Shown here piece after piece: positions 49,972-62,029 of a stretch of DNA of 64,000 bases. Made by a program: the position numbers and the translations under genes. This stretch comes from Lama guanicoe (Eukaryota), in NCBI GenBank assembly GCA_013239625.1, contig MU053379.1, forward strand, positions 3,640,866 to 3,704,865. Reading direction: 5' to 3'. Numbering within the stretch: the stretch's first letter is position 1; the number at the start of each line of letters is the position of its first letter. The notes beneath the pieces are model-generated. The model did not search any database. It was given only the letters and a program-made list of their open reading frames with translations, and had not been told where the DNA came from.

Positions 49972-50515
49972 GTTCCAATGACCTGCTGCTGCCCCGCAAA
50001 CTGCCCCAGAACAGAGTGGTTTAAAACAGCAGCTGTTTTTTTACACTCGAGGATCTGGGTGGCAGGAATTCAGAAAGGCATCGGGGGATGACCGATCTCT
50101 GTTCTGCGATGTCTGAGGGCTCGGCTCGGAAGGTTCAGCTTTCCGGGGCCTGGAAGCATCTCAGGGCATCTCCGCTCTCGTGTCTGGTGCCTGCGGCGGG
50201 ATGGAGCTGCTGTCCGGATGGAGCACGTGCATGTGACGGCTCCACGTGGCTGGGCGGCCCCGCAGCACGGCGGCCTCGGTGCAGGTGATGCCTAACACGG
50301 CAGCTCCTGGTTACAACAGGGAACAGAGCAGTGAAACGCGGCGGGAGCTGCCGTGGCCATCTGTTCCCTAGGCTCCGAAGCCACGTAACCCCTCCTCAGC
50401 CATAGTCTGTTGCTCCAAGCAGCACAGAGCTGCCCAGATTCGAGGCAGACGGACAGAGGCACCACCTCGCAACGGACAGTGTTAAAGGATTTGCAGCTTT
50501 GTTTTAAAACTGTCA
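49972..50515 (-). mobile_element. MaLR MLT1-type LTR
   Basis: CTGCTGCTGCCCCGCAAACTGCCCCAGAACAGAGTGGTTTAAAACAGC..GCCCAGATTCGAGG. Confidence 0.7.
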
Positions 50516-51595
50516 CAAGAATGTAGTTAAGGTGAGGGGGGGGCTTACAACATAGCATCGGCAAGTGGGAACCACAGGCGAGTGGGCAGGCTGGGGAGCC
50601 TCCAGGAGCTGGGCTGGGGCCCTGCTGTGCCCGGGGGACGGGGTGGCGTGAGTCGGTGAGGGCGAGCACGGGGCCCTGACACCCAGCAAAGGAGGCTTCC
50701 CATGTGTCTTTCCCCACGAGGCACTTTCTGTCGTTTTTTTTACGTTCATATTCATTTTAAGACTGCTTACTAATGTCTCGTTAGTGTGCCGTAACTCCAC
50801 GGGGCAGGTGTGGAGATCTGAAAACGTGGCCACAGATTTCTACCCTTCTTGCCACGTGGAGGTGGGGCCTGCGTCGTCCTCCGGGAACTCGGGGGGGCCT
50901 GTGATGCACTGACGTAGCCTGGGATCTACAGCAGGTGGAGGAAGGACATCCCGGGACCCCTGAGGCCAGGTCACGACAGGCCACCCAGTTTCCAGTTCGT
51001 GCGTGGGGACCCCTGGGCCTTGAGACACACGTCGGGGGACCAGACATGCTGAGCAGAGCGATGAGGGTGAGTGGGACGTTCGTCTCGTGGAGGCGAGAAG
51101 GGAGCTGTGGGGAGGGAAGCAAGGACGGTGGGTGGGTGGGGATGGGGGACCGGGCTTCAGAGGGGTGACGGAAAGGATCAGGGGGCCAGGCTGGGGGCAA
51201 CCACAGGCCCCCAGTGCCATCAGCAGCTCCCCAAGCGCAGGAGGTGAGAATGCTGTCCAGGAAGTGTTCTTGAAGCCCCAGTGAGAACTGAGGGTCCAGC
51301 GTCCAGTGAAACATGTGAAGACTGGGCTCAAGTCCCTCATGTCCGAAGCTGGGACACTCTGGCCAGCAAACCTGGGGTCCTGGGACGTGTCAGTGCTCAG
51401 GGGCCTGCCTGCTGTTCAGAGCCAGCATTTCGGGCAGCACAGAGCATCCCTGCTGCAGAGGCGCCCTGCTCAGCCCCCCAGCCCAGAGCCGGCGTGGGAG
51501 GATGGCGTGGTCGTGGGGGAGCTGTCCCCTGACGTCCTCGAGCCCTGGCCTTGCCCTCTGTCTCCAGGCCAGTGAGCGCACACGTGTGGCTCGTC

Positions 51596-51790
51596 AACAT
51601 TTTTTTTTGAAGCTTCTTTTTGTTTTTGTATATATGTATTTTTATTGAAGTCTAGTCACTTTACACTGTTGTGTCAATTCCTGGCGCACAGCATGTGATA
51701 TCAGTTAAATGTGGAATCTAGAAAAAAAAGACAAATGAACTTATTCGCAAAACAGAAACAGACTCACAGACACAGAAAGCAAACGTTTTT
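51596..51790 (-). mobile_element. Short L1 with 5' inversion
   Basis: T tract plus antisense 3' end (TTGAAGTCTAGTCA) joined near 51693 to sense GATATCAGTTAAATGTGGAATCTA. Confidence 0.7.
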
Positions 51791-52039
51791 AAGGGGAATC
51801 TCTGTCGCCCGCCCTGGAGCCAACACTCGGGGACTCCCTCCCGCAGCCTCTCCCCTGGTGGGCTCCTGCTGAAGGGGAGCTGCCTGAAGGGGGACGCACT
51901 CCCCTCTCCTGACCTTTACTGTCTTATTTTCACTGCGACTGAATCCAGGAGGATGTGTCTGGAACGGAGTCATATGCATGAAAATGAGATTTCCTGGCAG
52001 GAGCGAGGAGGTTTGCTGACTGCCTGCCACGCGCCTCCG

Positions 52040-52300
52040 TCCTCACTTAATCCTCGCCGTGCCCTGATGAGGTGAGTGCAATTACAACCTATTTTCCGGG
52101 TGAGAAAACCAAAACAGAGAGGTTGAGCATTTTGTCCAAGCTCACACAGTGGCAGACAATCATCGAATTGTATCCATTAAATACATGCAGGTGTTTTGTT
52201 TGTTTGTTTATCGGGTACACCTCCATAAAGATGGGAGAAAAAAAACAGACAGACTTGAACCCAGGGAGTCTGGCTGTCGCTTCCATGTGCTAGTCAGACA
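52040..52300 (-). mobile_element. MIR interrupted by a short L1 fragment
   Basis: CACTTAATCCTC..TCCAAGCTCACACAG..GACTTGAACCCAGGGAGTCTGG. Confidence 0.65.
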
Positions 52301-52856
52301 CCATCCAGCTGTGCTCAGTGTTTTAGTTTTGAGCTCATAATTTCATTTGCTCCCTCAGAGTTCCCCCCACTCCACACCTTAATTAACTTCTCCCAGAATC
52401 TGCTTTGCGTCCTGGAGACAACCAGCACTCACAGCACAGCAGCTCAGGAGCAGCCGTCTCGCAGGGAAGCCCCATGACCCGCGTGGAGCCTGTTTCTCCA
52501 GGTACGAAATGAACTGAAAGAGAGTATTCCAGAGCATCACCGTGGCCAGAGATGCCCGCTTCTCACGAGCGCTTCCTGAGAGAAGGGACGTCCTGATGAG
52601 GCTGTGGCGACTCGGCTACGCATTTGTCAGAACTCATACAGCAGCACACCAAGAAAATTAAATTTCAACAGAAGTTAAGTTAAAACCATTAAAATATTTA
52701 AATAAGAGGGTGTATTTGTACCAGTAATTCAGAAGGAGACAAGGAGTGTTCAGAGTTGCCTTAGAAGAGTCAGACTAGAAGATACAATGACTGTTCTTTT
52801 CAAAAAAAAAAAAAAAGAATGTATTTGTATCTTTGAGAGCCTTGGAGGAGCCTCAC

Positions 52857-53111
52857 CTGCCAAAGGCGTGGGGCCCACCGAGCACGTCGAACAGCTTTCG
52901 TCCCCGCCCCGCCCTCCACGTCGAACACTATCAGAGGAAAAATCGAGAAGAAATAGAACTGGGGTTTGATTGGCAACTTCATGGAGCTGCTTGGAATTCA
53001 GCTGGGAGAGCATTAGCCTTTCTTCCGATGATCGTCTCCTGGCCTCCTGTGGTTTGGTTCCAAAGGAAATAACCTTGACAGTACAGCCACGTGCCTCCAA
53101 GGCTTGAGAAG
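52857..53111 (-). pseudogene. Fossil exon (255 nt, phase 1-1, no stop)
   Basis: gtctctttttcatgcag|CTTCTC..TGGCAG|gtgagg; SQALEARGCTVKVISFGTKPQEARRRSSEERLMLSQLNSKQLHEVANQTPVLFLLDFSSDSV.. Confidence 0.65.
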
Positions 53112-53419
53112 CTGCATGAAAAAGAGACACGTGTGTCCGTGGCTGTGATGGTGAAGCCCGTGGACGTGGCGTTCACAGGGCGTGGGGTGTGGAATCCGGC
53201 CACACCGCCTGCTGTCAGGCAAGTAAGAGAAATCAGATGAGAAGGAGCAACTGCTAATTACACACAGACACACGGACAGCATCAAAAGGTGTGAAGGCAA
53301 GCAAGTCGTTTGTAATCCCCATACTTAGAAATGAGCCCTTTAACTCTTTAACAAAATAGAACCAAGTTAAACATATTTTAATAATTTATTATAAATACCA
53401 CTTAATGTTGTCCTCTTTT

Positions 53420-54230
53420 TTCCTGTTTTTTAGCAAAAATTTTCAAATGTACAAAGTTGAGATAGACACTGAACACCATCTCCATCAGCGCTCTACAGTT
53501 AACTTTTTGCTACATTTGTATTATTAAATATCTGTTCACTTTTCCATCACTCTATCCACCCATTAATCTTTTTTTTCCCCCACAGATTCCAAGTAAGTTG
53601 AAGATGCTTGTACCTTCCTTCACCTCTAAACTCTTCAGCACACATCTGACTGGAGCTCAATATTTGTTTCTAAGTCTGTGTTTAAGGAAAATTTACATAG
53701 AGTGAAATGCACAAATCTTGAGTGAACTGTTCCAAGAGTTTTGGCAAATGCATACACTTGTGTGTTACAAGCCCCTGTCAAGGTGTAGGGTGTCACCGTC
53801 AACCTACAAAGGTCTCTTGTGTATGGTAAACCCCCCACCCCCAAGACAGTGTTGTTTTGATTTTCTCACCACACGTTCGTTTTCTGGTGTCATTTTTACT
53901 GGCTGAGTAGTATTCCATGGTCTGGATGCACAAAATGCAAGTGGTTTCCTAGAGACGCTTAGCCACCAAGGTGGTCACCACTCTTTCACTGTGTGGCGCT
54001 TCCCCACATGGGCATCCTGGTGGCTAACCCACTGGCCACCTGTACTTAATTTGGGGGTGGGGGTGCAGTTGTTGTAAGAGAATATCCTGGGTCAGAGAGG
54101 AAGCCCATTTTTAAAACCTTCAGACATGCTGTCTAGTTGCTCTCCCCAGGGCTGCACCAGTTTGCCTCCCGTCAGCAATGCTGGTGTGCCTCCCCCACCC
54201 ACGGCCACAGCGGGTTTGGGCCCTGGCTCC
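53420..54230 (-). mobile_element. Old L1MC/ME fragments
   Basis: AGTGAAATGCACAAATCTTGAGTG; CTGAGTAGTATTCCATGG. Confidence 0.65.
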
Positions 54231-54380
54231 ATCCCAGCCACCCAGCGACCACTTATGTTCAGCGGCTCACCGAGGCTGAGGCTGCCTTGCTGCTGGGTGG
54301 GCAGTCCATTCCCGTGGATCGCAAACATTTCCAAAATGCACCACTGAACAGGGAAAAGGAGTGATGTGGTTTGCTCTTAC

Positions 54381-54454
54381 AGTCCGTGTGAAATAATGTC
54401 CCCTCTGGACCTCTTCACGGCACAACAGAAGAATGGGCTGGTTTATGGTGCACG
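54381..54454 (-). pseudogene. Fossil exon (74 nt)
   Basis: tttcctttctcctccccataag|CGTGCA..GGACT|gtaaga; frames CTINQPILLLC and GPEGTLFHTD (probable frameshift). Confidence 0.6.
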
Positions 54455-54908
54455 CTTATGGGGAGGAGAAAGGAAACAAGATTTATTTATTGAGAATGAA
54501 AGAAATACTGAATTTTCAAGAGCTCTAGGTCACCCAGATGGAGTAGATACAGCCATACCACCACCATGAGACAGAGGCTCCTTTTAACCTCATTGAAATG
54601 CCCTCCACTTGTTTATTTTTCAAGACTTTGAGCTTCACTCTTAAAAAAATCCTGTGTTCTGTCAGAAGACTAGGTCTATGATGATGATTTTAAAACCCAG
54701 TGAGCTGCACATTCCTCCCGGCTAGCGCCCCCTGCCCCCGTGGCCGCCGCGTGGCTCCCATTTTGCAGATGAGGGTGGCGGGGCTGGGCTGTCGATGATC
54801 TGTTCAGGCACCGCTTGCTTGGGAGCGAGTGGCAGGAGTGAGGCTGGAAGGCTGGGTCCCTTCACCCGGCTGACGCCCCCGCCCCAGAACGTGTAGATTA
54901 AAATACAA

Positions 54909-55058
54909 CTGATCCTGACGGAGGCTTCCCCCAGTTCCAGACCACTGCTGCCCCCTGCAGCGCCGGCTTTGAAGGGGGCCACCTCCGCGGGGCAGGAAAT
55001 TGTCAGGGATGTCAGAGAATCCGGCCCAGCTTCGAGAGACGCCAAGGTGAAGACATTT
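54909..55058 (-). pseudogene. Fossil exon (about 150 nt, phase 2 start)
   Basis: tataacgcag|AAATGTC; NVFTLASLEAGPDSLTSLTISCPAEVAPFKAGAAGGSSGLELGEASVRIS; donor degraded (about 54907-54909). Confidence 0.5.
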
Positions 55059-55169
55059 CTGCGTTATAATAATTTCTGCTTTCAACCCGCCCCGGACACC
55101 CTAAGTAGCCCACCCACCGAATGCACACGGGATGACCCCCATCTGCCCTGCAGATGAGACCACGGGGAG

Positions 55170-55680
55170 GTGGGGAGAGTCGGCTGCGGCCTCTCTCCTT
55201 GCCTTGGGAGCTGCGATGTGCCCGCAGGCCCCTCGGGCGGGTGCCGGGCTGCTCTGCGCCCACATGCTCCTCCAGGACCTGCGCTGGGGGGCTCCCCGGC
55301 TGCAACGTCCCTGAAGTGCCCCCAGGCAGCTGGCGGGACCTCTGGCTACTCCGCCTGCCCCTTCCCTCTTCCTCACTCTCAGACCCACGTCTGCTGCAGA
55401 CACTCCATCTTCTGCCGCTTCTCCCAGGCCAGACTCCCGGCCACGCCCTTTGAAGCGGCGGTGCCTGGGCCGGGAGGGTGTGAACGCCGGGCTCCCCGCG
55501 CTGAGCGTCCCGGCTCCCCGGGCAGCAGCAGCCTCTCGGCCAGCTCGCCGGCTCGGCCGCCGTGGGGTCCCACCGCTCATCGCTCCCGCGCGCCTCCGCG
55601 TGCCCCTGCCGCAGGCAGCGCGGTCTCTCGGCGCTCGGCTGGGCGGCCGCATTTGGAAGTGATTTGGGACTCGAGCAAAC
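55170..55680. promoter_or_regulatory. CpG-rich island
   Basis: High CpG/GC. Confidence 0.45.
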
Positions 55681-56440
55681 GCTGCAGCCTTGTGTTCTCC
55701 TCTTTCTGGCCACCCACTTTCTGAGCCGGGGAAGTGTGATCCGGCCCAGCTGAGGCAAAGCCACACGTTCTGAGGTTGAGGAAGGTGGCGGCCGACGTGC
55801 TGGGGTGGGTGGGGGCGACATCTCTGCACCCCCCCCCAGCTCCCGGGCGCTGCCCGATGGCGGAGGCAGGGGTCCTCGCCAGCTCTCTCCCTGCTGTCTG
55901 CCTGCCTGGCCCGGCGTCCTTCTTGGTCTTTCTGACAGTCCTGGATTTCAGGCGCAGATCTGATTCAGCCTCATCCTAGAGGCCAGGGCCCTTTCCCGCC
56001 TCTTCGCACGACCTCAGGTGTCCCTTTGCAGGTGCGAAGGCTCCTCACACCATTGAGGTCCTTCGCGATTCTCTTCCCTTCACCACGGTCCCCGGTCTCC
56101 GTTCTTCTCAAATCCAGCAGTCATGCGTTTCAGCTGCACGTCACCAACTGCACGTCAAAAGCTGAGGTGAGGAACGACTTTCCCTAATGATGCAGAAAAA
56201 CCCTATTTCTCACAAAGTTTTTCTCCCCGACTTGGTTTTCATATGACCCTTGTTTGCTAGAAAGACCGAGCCTTGCAGCCGGTCCTGCTCCCCGACTCTG
56301 CTCCCCCTGTGGTGCTGCCCCCCTTCTGCTCCCTGTGCTGCCCCCCCCCGCCCCTTGGTGGGCTGTGCCAACCGTGCAGCAGGAAAAATTTCTGGAACGA
56401 GGCCAAATATGGCTTCAGATCATTTCTTTCCGACACACAC

Positions 56441-56572
56441 TGGCCTCTGAAAACCTGATTCTGTTTGTCATTTGGTTTGCTCTCCCAGTGCTGTGTCATT
56501 CCGATGGGAATGCTGATGAATTTCAAGCTTGCCTCATAGAGTAACGCACGAGGTTTTCATAAGCACATTAAT
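56441..56572 (-). pseudogene. Fossil exon (about 132 nt, phase 2 start)
   Basis: tttttcttttaag|ATTAATG; LMCL*KPRALLYEASLKFISIPIGMTQHWESKPNDKQNQVFRG; phase matches the upstream exon; donor weak. Confidence 0.6.
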
Positions 56573-57637
56573 CTTAAAAGAAAAACTGTCAGATGCAAAC
56601 AATACTCGTATGACTGATGTTGTAAAGACACCAGCTAACTCTTACCATCCATTCTCCAAGAAAATGACCTTACGGGGGCCTTATGCAGCCTTCAGCTCCC
56701 TTCCAACATAGGTACCTGTGTTGCTGGGTTTGGGGGCACCTAGAAAGCTCACTTTCCCCCCCAAAAGGCTGGGGATTCATGGCCTGTCTGCTCATGTGCC
56801 AAGTCCAAATAGAGGCTCGGTTACGAGGCCGTGTAAAGAAGACCATGATTACAAGAAATATGTAATTTCATTAGTTTTCACAAAATGTAATATAAGCAGT
56901 CCTTATTCAAACCAAATTGGAAAATCATTCTACCCCGAGGAAAGGGCCTCTGGTCTCCCTGAAATGCCAAGCGTGCGTCGGCAGATGAGACATGCTGCCC
57001 AGAACCCACCCCCCCACCCCACCGTGGATGCGCTCCGAGCTCACCAGCACGTCTGTGGAAGGCATTTTCCCGTTTTGCCCCAAAGTTAGCAAAGTGTGTG
57101 GTATGAGTTAAGCTCCTGATAGGGCCGTAAACGTCATTTGGAAGTGCGCCAGGCCACAATCAAGAGGGAGCTGGTAGCTTGTTTTAATTAAATGGTGTTG
57201 AAGTGTTCCACTGTAATTAAGCATCTCAAAATTAAATGGAAACAGTCATTAGGCTCAGCGATACAAAGCCACCAGACCAAAGAATATAAATTATTTCAAA
57301 TCGAGGCTCCTCCACCGCAGAGCACGAGGGGGTCTGGGGGCCGTCCGGGCTGGAGCAGGGGCTCTGAGAATTAATGACCACAGACAGCTGACTGAGGGCG
57401 CTGTGACCCCACCCCAGTCCTCCAAGGTTGGTGACCCTTGAGCCAGAGCTGGGGCCATGCCAGCTGGACCCACATGAGGACAGAGGAGGCCCTGATTCCC
57501 TCACCTTCCCTGACAGCCCTCATTCAGCCCCGGGCCGCCCCCTCCCTGCGTAGCCCTGCCCCACAGCACGGGGGGCCACTCAGGGGTCCAGAGTCCCCAC
57601 CACCTGAGAGCAGACACATGCAGGCCTTTCCTGTTAC

Positions 57638-57752
57638 CCCCTCGCCCAGCTCTCCTGGAGGTGGAAGGTCTCAGGGGTGGTGCGGCCAGGCAAGATGACC
57701 ACGTGTCCTTCAGATCGCTCTCCAAAGCTTTGGAAAATCCTGTGGACACTTC
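57638..57752 (-). pseudogene. Fossil exon (115 nt, phase 1-2), vWA strand A region
   Basis: ttctttagccctag|GAAGTG..AGGGG|gtaaca; (G)SVHRIFQSFGERSEGHVVILPGRTTPETFHLQESWARG. Confidence 0.6.
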
Positions 57753-57976
57753 CTAGGGCTAAAGAATTTTCACAAGGCAACTTACCACTTTATAGACCCA
57801 CGGCCGAACCGTCGTATTTAGCGGGCAAGGCAGATCTTGCTACGCTTCTTCTGTGAACAAGCTGGCTGAGACTCTGAGACACTCAAGACGTTCCCTGGGA
57901 CACACAGCTGGTCAGTGGCCGAGCTGGCGGGATAACTGAGGCCTTCGGATTCCCAGTTCAGTGGGTTTTATAAGAC

Positions 57977-58090
57977 GGTAAATTGACTCCTGGTCGTGCA
58001 CAGAGGACAGCTTATGGTGCCTCCCTCGGTGGCTTTTTTGTTTGCCACCAGGTCGCCTATTTCACAATGAATGTTCATTTATCCACAAGC
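57977..58090 (-). pseudogene. Fossil exon (donor uncertain)
   Basis: tctttgtttctcag|GCTTGT; ACG*MNIHCEIGDLVANKKATEGGTISCPLCTTRSQFT. Confidence 0.55.
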
Positions 58091-59352
58091 CTGAGAAACA
58101 AAGATGGTAATGAGTTTAGATCTTCAGCTAAACTAAAAAGAGGATGAAAACAAAGGGCCCTCTCTTGAGAAAATCCACAAAGACATGATTTCACAATCAA
58201 TTTTAGGGGTTGGGGACCTGTGGCCCATGGGACTTGGAACCTCCAGTTAAAAAGTAATGGATGGATAATTGAAGCCTTCGAATGACCCCAAGTCTTCACT
58301 TTGTGACGCACCTTCAAGAGTCTCCACAGAGTCGGTTACAACGTGCCAGTTTCAGGTGCACAGCATCACGTCACAGTCCTGCACATACAGACATACATTC
58401 GTTTTCATCTTCTTTTTCATTAGAGGTTATTACCAAATATTTTTGAAACTAGACTTAGCCAAATTTCCCAACTCCTCCCACCAGCTGCCTCCTGGTGGGG
58501 GCGCTGCTGAGCAGCCAACCCTGCCTTGGGTGGGAAGCCAGAGGGTGGGCAGGAGACCCTCAGGGCCTGGGCCACCTGTTGTCCAGAAATCAGTTCTGGG
58601 AGTTTGCGGGCGGGCTGCGTCTCAGATCTCAGAGACGGTGTGACAGCTCCTGAGCTGACCGGTGTCTGCGCCCGGTACTTCCACCTCCCACACGGTGAGC
58701 CACGCATGCTGGAGATGGATGCCAGGTTCAGATCCACTTCCTGGCTTGTGTGCAGGGCACATGGTCCTCTCTGTGTGGCAGAGCCCTCCTCTGCACACTT
58801 GGGGTGATGTGATCTCAAGGTTCATCCTCCAGGGGCGGGTGGGAGACTCAGCGAGATACACGCCCAGCGCTCTGAACAACGCCTGGCGGACGGAGGGCGC
58901 CGGCAGCTTCAGCCCTCGCCGTCACGGCCAGGAGGAGCACGTCTGTTCCTGGCCCTGTGGTCCCGGAGCGTGACCATTGCTTTAGCAGCCGGGGGGAGGC
59001 TGACCTCGAGGGTCCCTCGTCAGCTGTGGTCCTTGTGGGGCCTGCTAACATCCAAGCTGATGTCTCCTCCAGGTTAGTTGGCAGACACGCCCCCAAATCC
59101 GGTCAAATAAAGAACAGCTCATTAACAAAGGGCCTGTTATCTCTGGAAGCAGCCGCCGGTCTCCCCGTGGCCCCTGCAGGGGTTTGCTCACGCTGTGTCT
59201 GCATCCCCGGCGTTGCAGGGCAGCCCGGGCGAGGGCGGGGCCCCTGGTTATGACTCCCCAGCTCGGAAGTTCAGCCCCGGTCGAAGCAGCTTCTGTTTCT
59301 AAGCCTTGATGGAACGTGCCCTCTGAGCAAGTGTTTTCTTTTTTTGACTTAC

Positions 59353-59439
59353 AAGCACCTCATCTTCATGTTTTATTTGTTATTTTCTTTTTAACGCAGG
59401 AAGGCTTTCAGAGCTCCAGGTTGGCTCTCACGCGCTGAA
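59353..59439 (-). pseudogene. Fossil exon (87 nt, phase 0-0)
   Basis: cgcactcacag|TTCAGC..GTGCTT|gtaagt; FSA*EPTWSSESLPALKRK*QIKHEDEVL. Confidence 0.5.
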
Positions 59440-60019
59440 CTGTGAGTGCGGTGCGAGGCAGGCTGCTCCGAGCCGGGAATAGCCCGCACCTTTTTTTTTC
59501 ACTGCTCCAGAGACTGTGGGAGCCTCATTCGTCACTGGGCGCGGCTGACGCCCTGGCTGGGGCCGCCGCCTTGGCAGCGGGAGCTCTTGTCTGGGGCAGC
59601 TCTGGGATGGGGCTGGGGATGATCGAAGACAGTTTGCACGCAAGCTGGTCCCACTGGGGTGGGGGGACCCAGACCTCCGCGCACTGCCCGAGAGCCAGCT
59701 GTCCCATGTGGCTCAGGAGGATGGACACCTGCACACGTCTCCGGGGCGCATGTGCAGGTGGAGCCAAGGCCAAGGACGAGTTCCAGGGCTGATGACGTTG
59801 GCGGGTGTGGTGCAAGGTGCCATCACTGTATCTGAGGCCCTCGCCACGCTCTGGTTTCTGCCTGATGACACGGGGATCTCTCTGCTGTCCACAATGACCC
59901 ACAGACATCTGTGGTCCTAGAGATGAGGAGCACGTGTGATATTTATTTCCTGATGGCTGATGTCCCACTGCAGGGAAAAAACTACCCCGAGGTCAAGCCG
60001 TTCTATGCAAGACCATTAC

Positions 60020-60085
60020 CAGCAGAGGGTAATGTCAGGCTTTCTCGAAAATTCGAAATACCTACTTTATTTTATCATAAAGTTT
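60020..60085 (-). pseudogene. Fossil exon (66 nt, phase 0-0)
   Basis: ttcctatttattgatacag|AAACTT..CTGCTG|gtaatg; KLYDKIK*VFRIFEKA*HYPLL. Confidence 0.55.
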
Positions 60086-60749
60086 CTGTATCAATAAATA
60101 GGAAGGTCACAAAGGGACGATGAAAGAAATAATCCAGCAATGCTCTCTGGTATAATTATCTCAGCTGAACGTCAGCATTTGGGGAAATTATGACGTGTTG
60201 GACAGTCCTGCCTCTGAAGAGGAAGCAGGCCAGTTCTTTAAGAAAGTCAGCCGGGGAGAGGGTCTAGGAAATCCCCCCCAGGGACGCCATGTGGAGAATA
60301 CAGCTGGACGAGGTTTTCAGGTCCCCTTGGTGACTTGGTAATCAAGTCAAGGCAGAGAAGTGTGCTTCAGGTTCCACGCGCTTAGCCCCCACACTTAGGC
60401 CTACGTGTTGTACAGGAGCAGGAACTGTAGATCCGTAAGTTACAGGTGAGCAAGAAGTGGACACTGAGGAAAGGAACAGAATGGGTGGCTTTGGCCACTC
60501 TTTGGAGAGCCATCAAAGTTCCACCGTGTTTGGGACCAAAACAATAAGAAGTCTTAAGAATGGTTTAAAGCTGGCCACGTTTGGTTTTTATTTTCCTGTG
60601 CCCCAGACCCCTGGGGGGGGCTGACTCTCGCTACCACCGTCTCCCCGGTTCCTGCCACAGGGAGGAGGCTGAGTGTGGGATGGCTCGGTGACAACGTCCG
60701 CAGTGAAAACCTGAGGATGCCAACTCTCACCAAACTACTGTCATCTTAC

Positions 60750-60916
60750 CAGATTCATGTGATGACTCAGTTTACCGAGAGGCAGCCTTCAGACTGAGGG
60801 ACGTTTGGAAGCCAAGCTAAGCTCCTGCGCTCGTGTGACTCCAGGCTCAGGAAACTCAGCGATCGCCTCCTGGGAATGCTCGCCTCAAGCTCCAGCACGG
60901 ACCTCAAAGCCTCTTA
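60750..60916 (-). pseudogene. Fossil exon candidate (acceptor uncertain)
   Basis: Strong donor AATCTG|gtaaga; possible acceptor cactttgtag; frames EALRSVLELEASIPRRRSLSFLSLESH and LPLGKLSHHMNL. Confidence 0.35.
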
Positions 60917-61863
60917 CTACAAAGTGTAGGACCTGCTCCCTGACCTCGGGCGGCTTTGAACCCAGCGGGTGCGGGCGAGAGGTGGGCGGGGACGCGCCAG
61001 CCTGTCAGCTGGGCTGCGTCACAGCCACTCTCAGCTGCCACTTAGTATGTGTAGTTAAGAGATGAGAAGTTTTGAAAAAACGAAACCACGACACCATTAT
61101 ACACCTAAACGGTAAACAGTAACTTCTTAATATCTAATATTTTGCCAGCGTTCACACTTTCACAGTTGATCAGTCCATGAGTTTTCTCAGTTTTGGCTAG
61201 CGATGCGAGCCAAACAAGGTCAGCCGTTTCCCCGGCTCATCCAGCTCTCAGGTTTCTCTTCTTATTTTCACTTTATTTTAATCTATTATGTGCCCTCCCC
61301 CTTTTCCTCCTCGCCATTTGTTTATTGACTAAATTGAGGCGCTGTTTTGTGGAAGTTCCCACATTTTAGACTGGGTTAGTTGCATCCCCATGAGGTCATT
61401 TAAACAACCCTTATCTTTTATGCCCTGTAAGCTGGTGGTTGGTTAGATGTCGAGTTTTCATGGGATCCGAGTCCGCCCCTTGGGCGCGGGGCTGCCTCCT
61501 GCGTCACCCGGAGGTGCACGGCTCTGGCTGCTCCCCTTCTGTGAGGGGAAGGCTGGTCTCTGGCTTCAGGTGTTGCCAGTCTTATTAATAGACAGGTTTT
61601 CATTAGAGCCATGAAAGGCTTCAGGACAAGTTTTGAACTCTAACGTGTTCCAGGAATAGCTAAGAGACCAGCACCAAGAGCAGAGCCCTCATAGCAGGAC
61701 GGAAGGCGGGATGGACCCAGAAATGCGGGTGGTGCTGCCTGTGAGCGCCCCGCACTGTGAGCACCAGGAGAGTGGAGAGCAGTGTCTGGGGCAACGCAGT
61801 AGCACGATGGGTGACATTATTGCTGTTGGTAGTTTGCACCACTTCACTCCGCTACCTCCTTAC

Positions 61864-62029
61864 CTCCCTGAAACGGCCTGGGAATCCGGGGAGATGGAGG
61901 ACACCCCTTCCCTGCAGGACACCCCGTGGGCAGAATGACCTGGTTGGCCAAAAGGGGGACCTTCTCTTTTTTCGGTGACATCGAGCTGGGCCACTTGTGG
62001 AGGTGACAGATGGGTTTAGGGCCCAGGTG
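61864..62029 (-). pseudogene. Fossil exon candidate (166 nt)
   Basis: cctccactcctgctctgcag|CACCTG..GGGAG|gtaagg; frame ambiguous. Confidence 0.45.

Noticed and set aside
55101..55829. 242-269-aa minus ORFs
   Set aside because: GC-rich low-complexity products without splice support.
60062..60213. Alternative longer fossil exon (GRTVQHVIISP..)
   Set aside because: It reads through a pyrimidine tract with several stops; 60085-60020 has better splice sites and phase.
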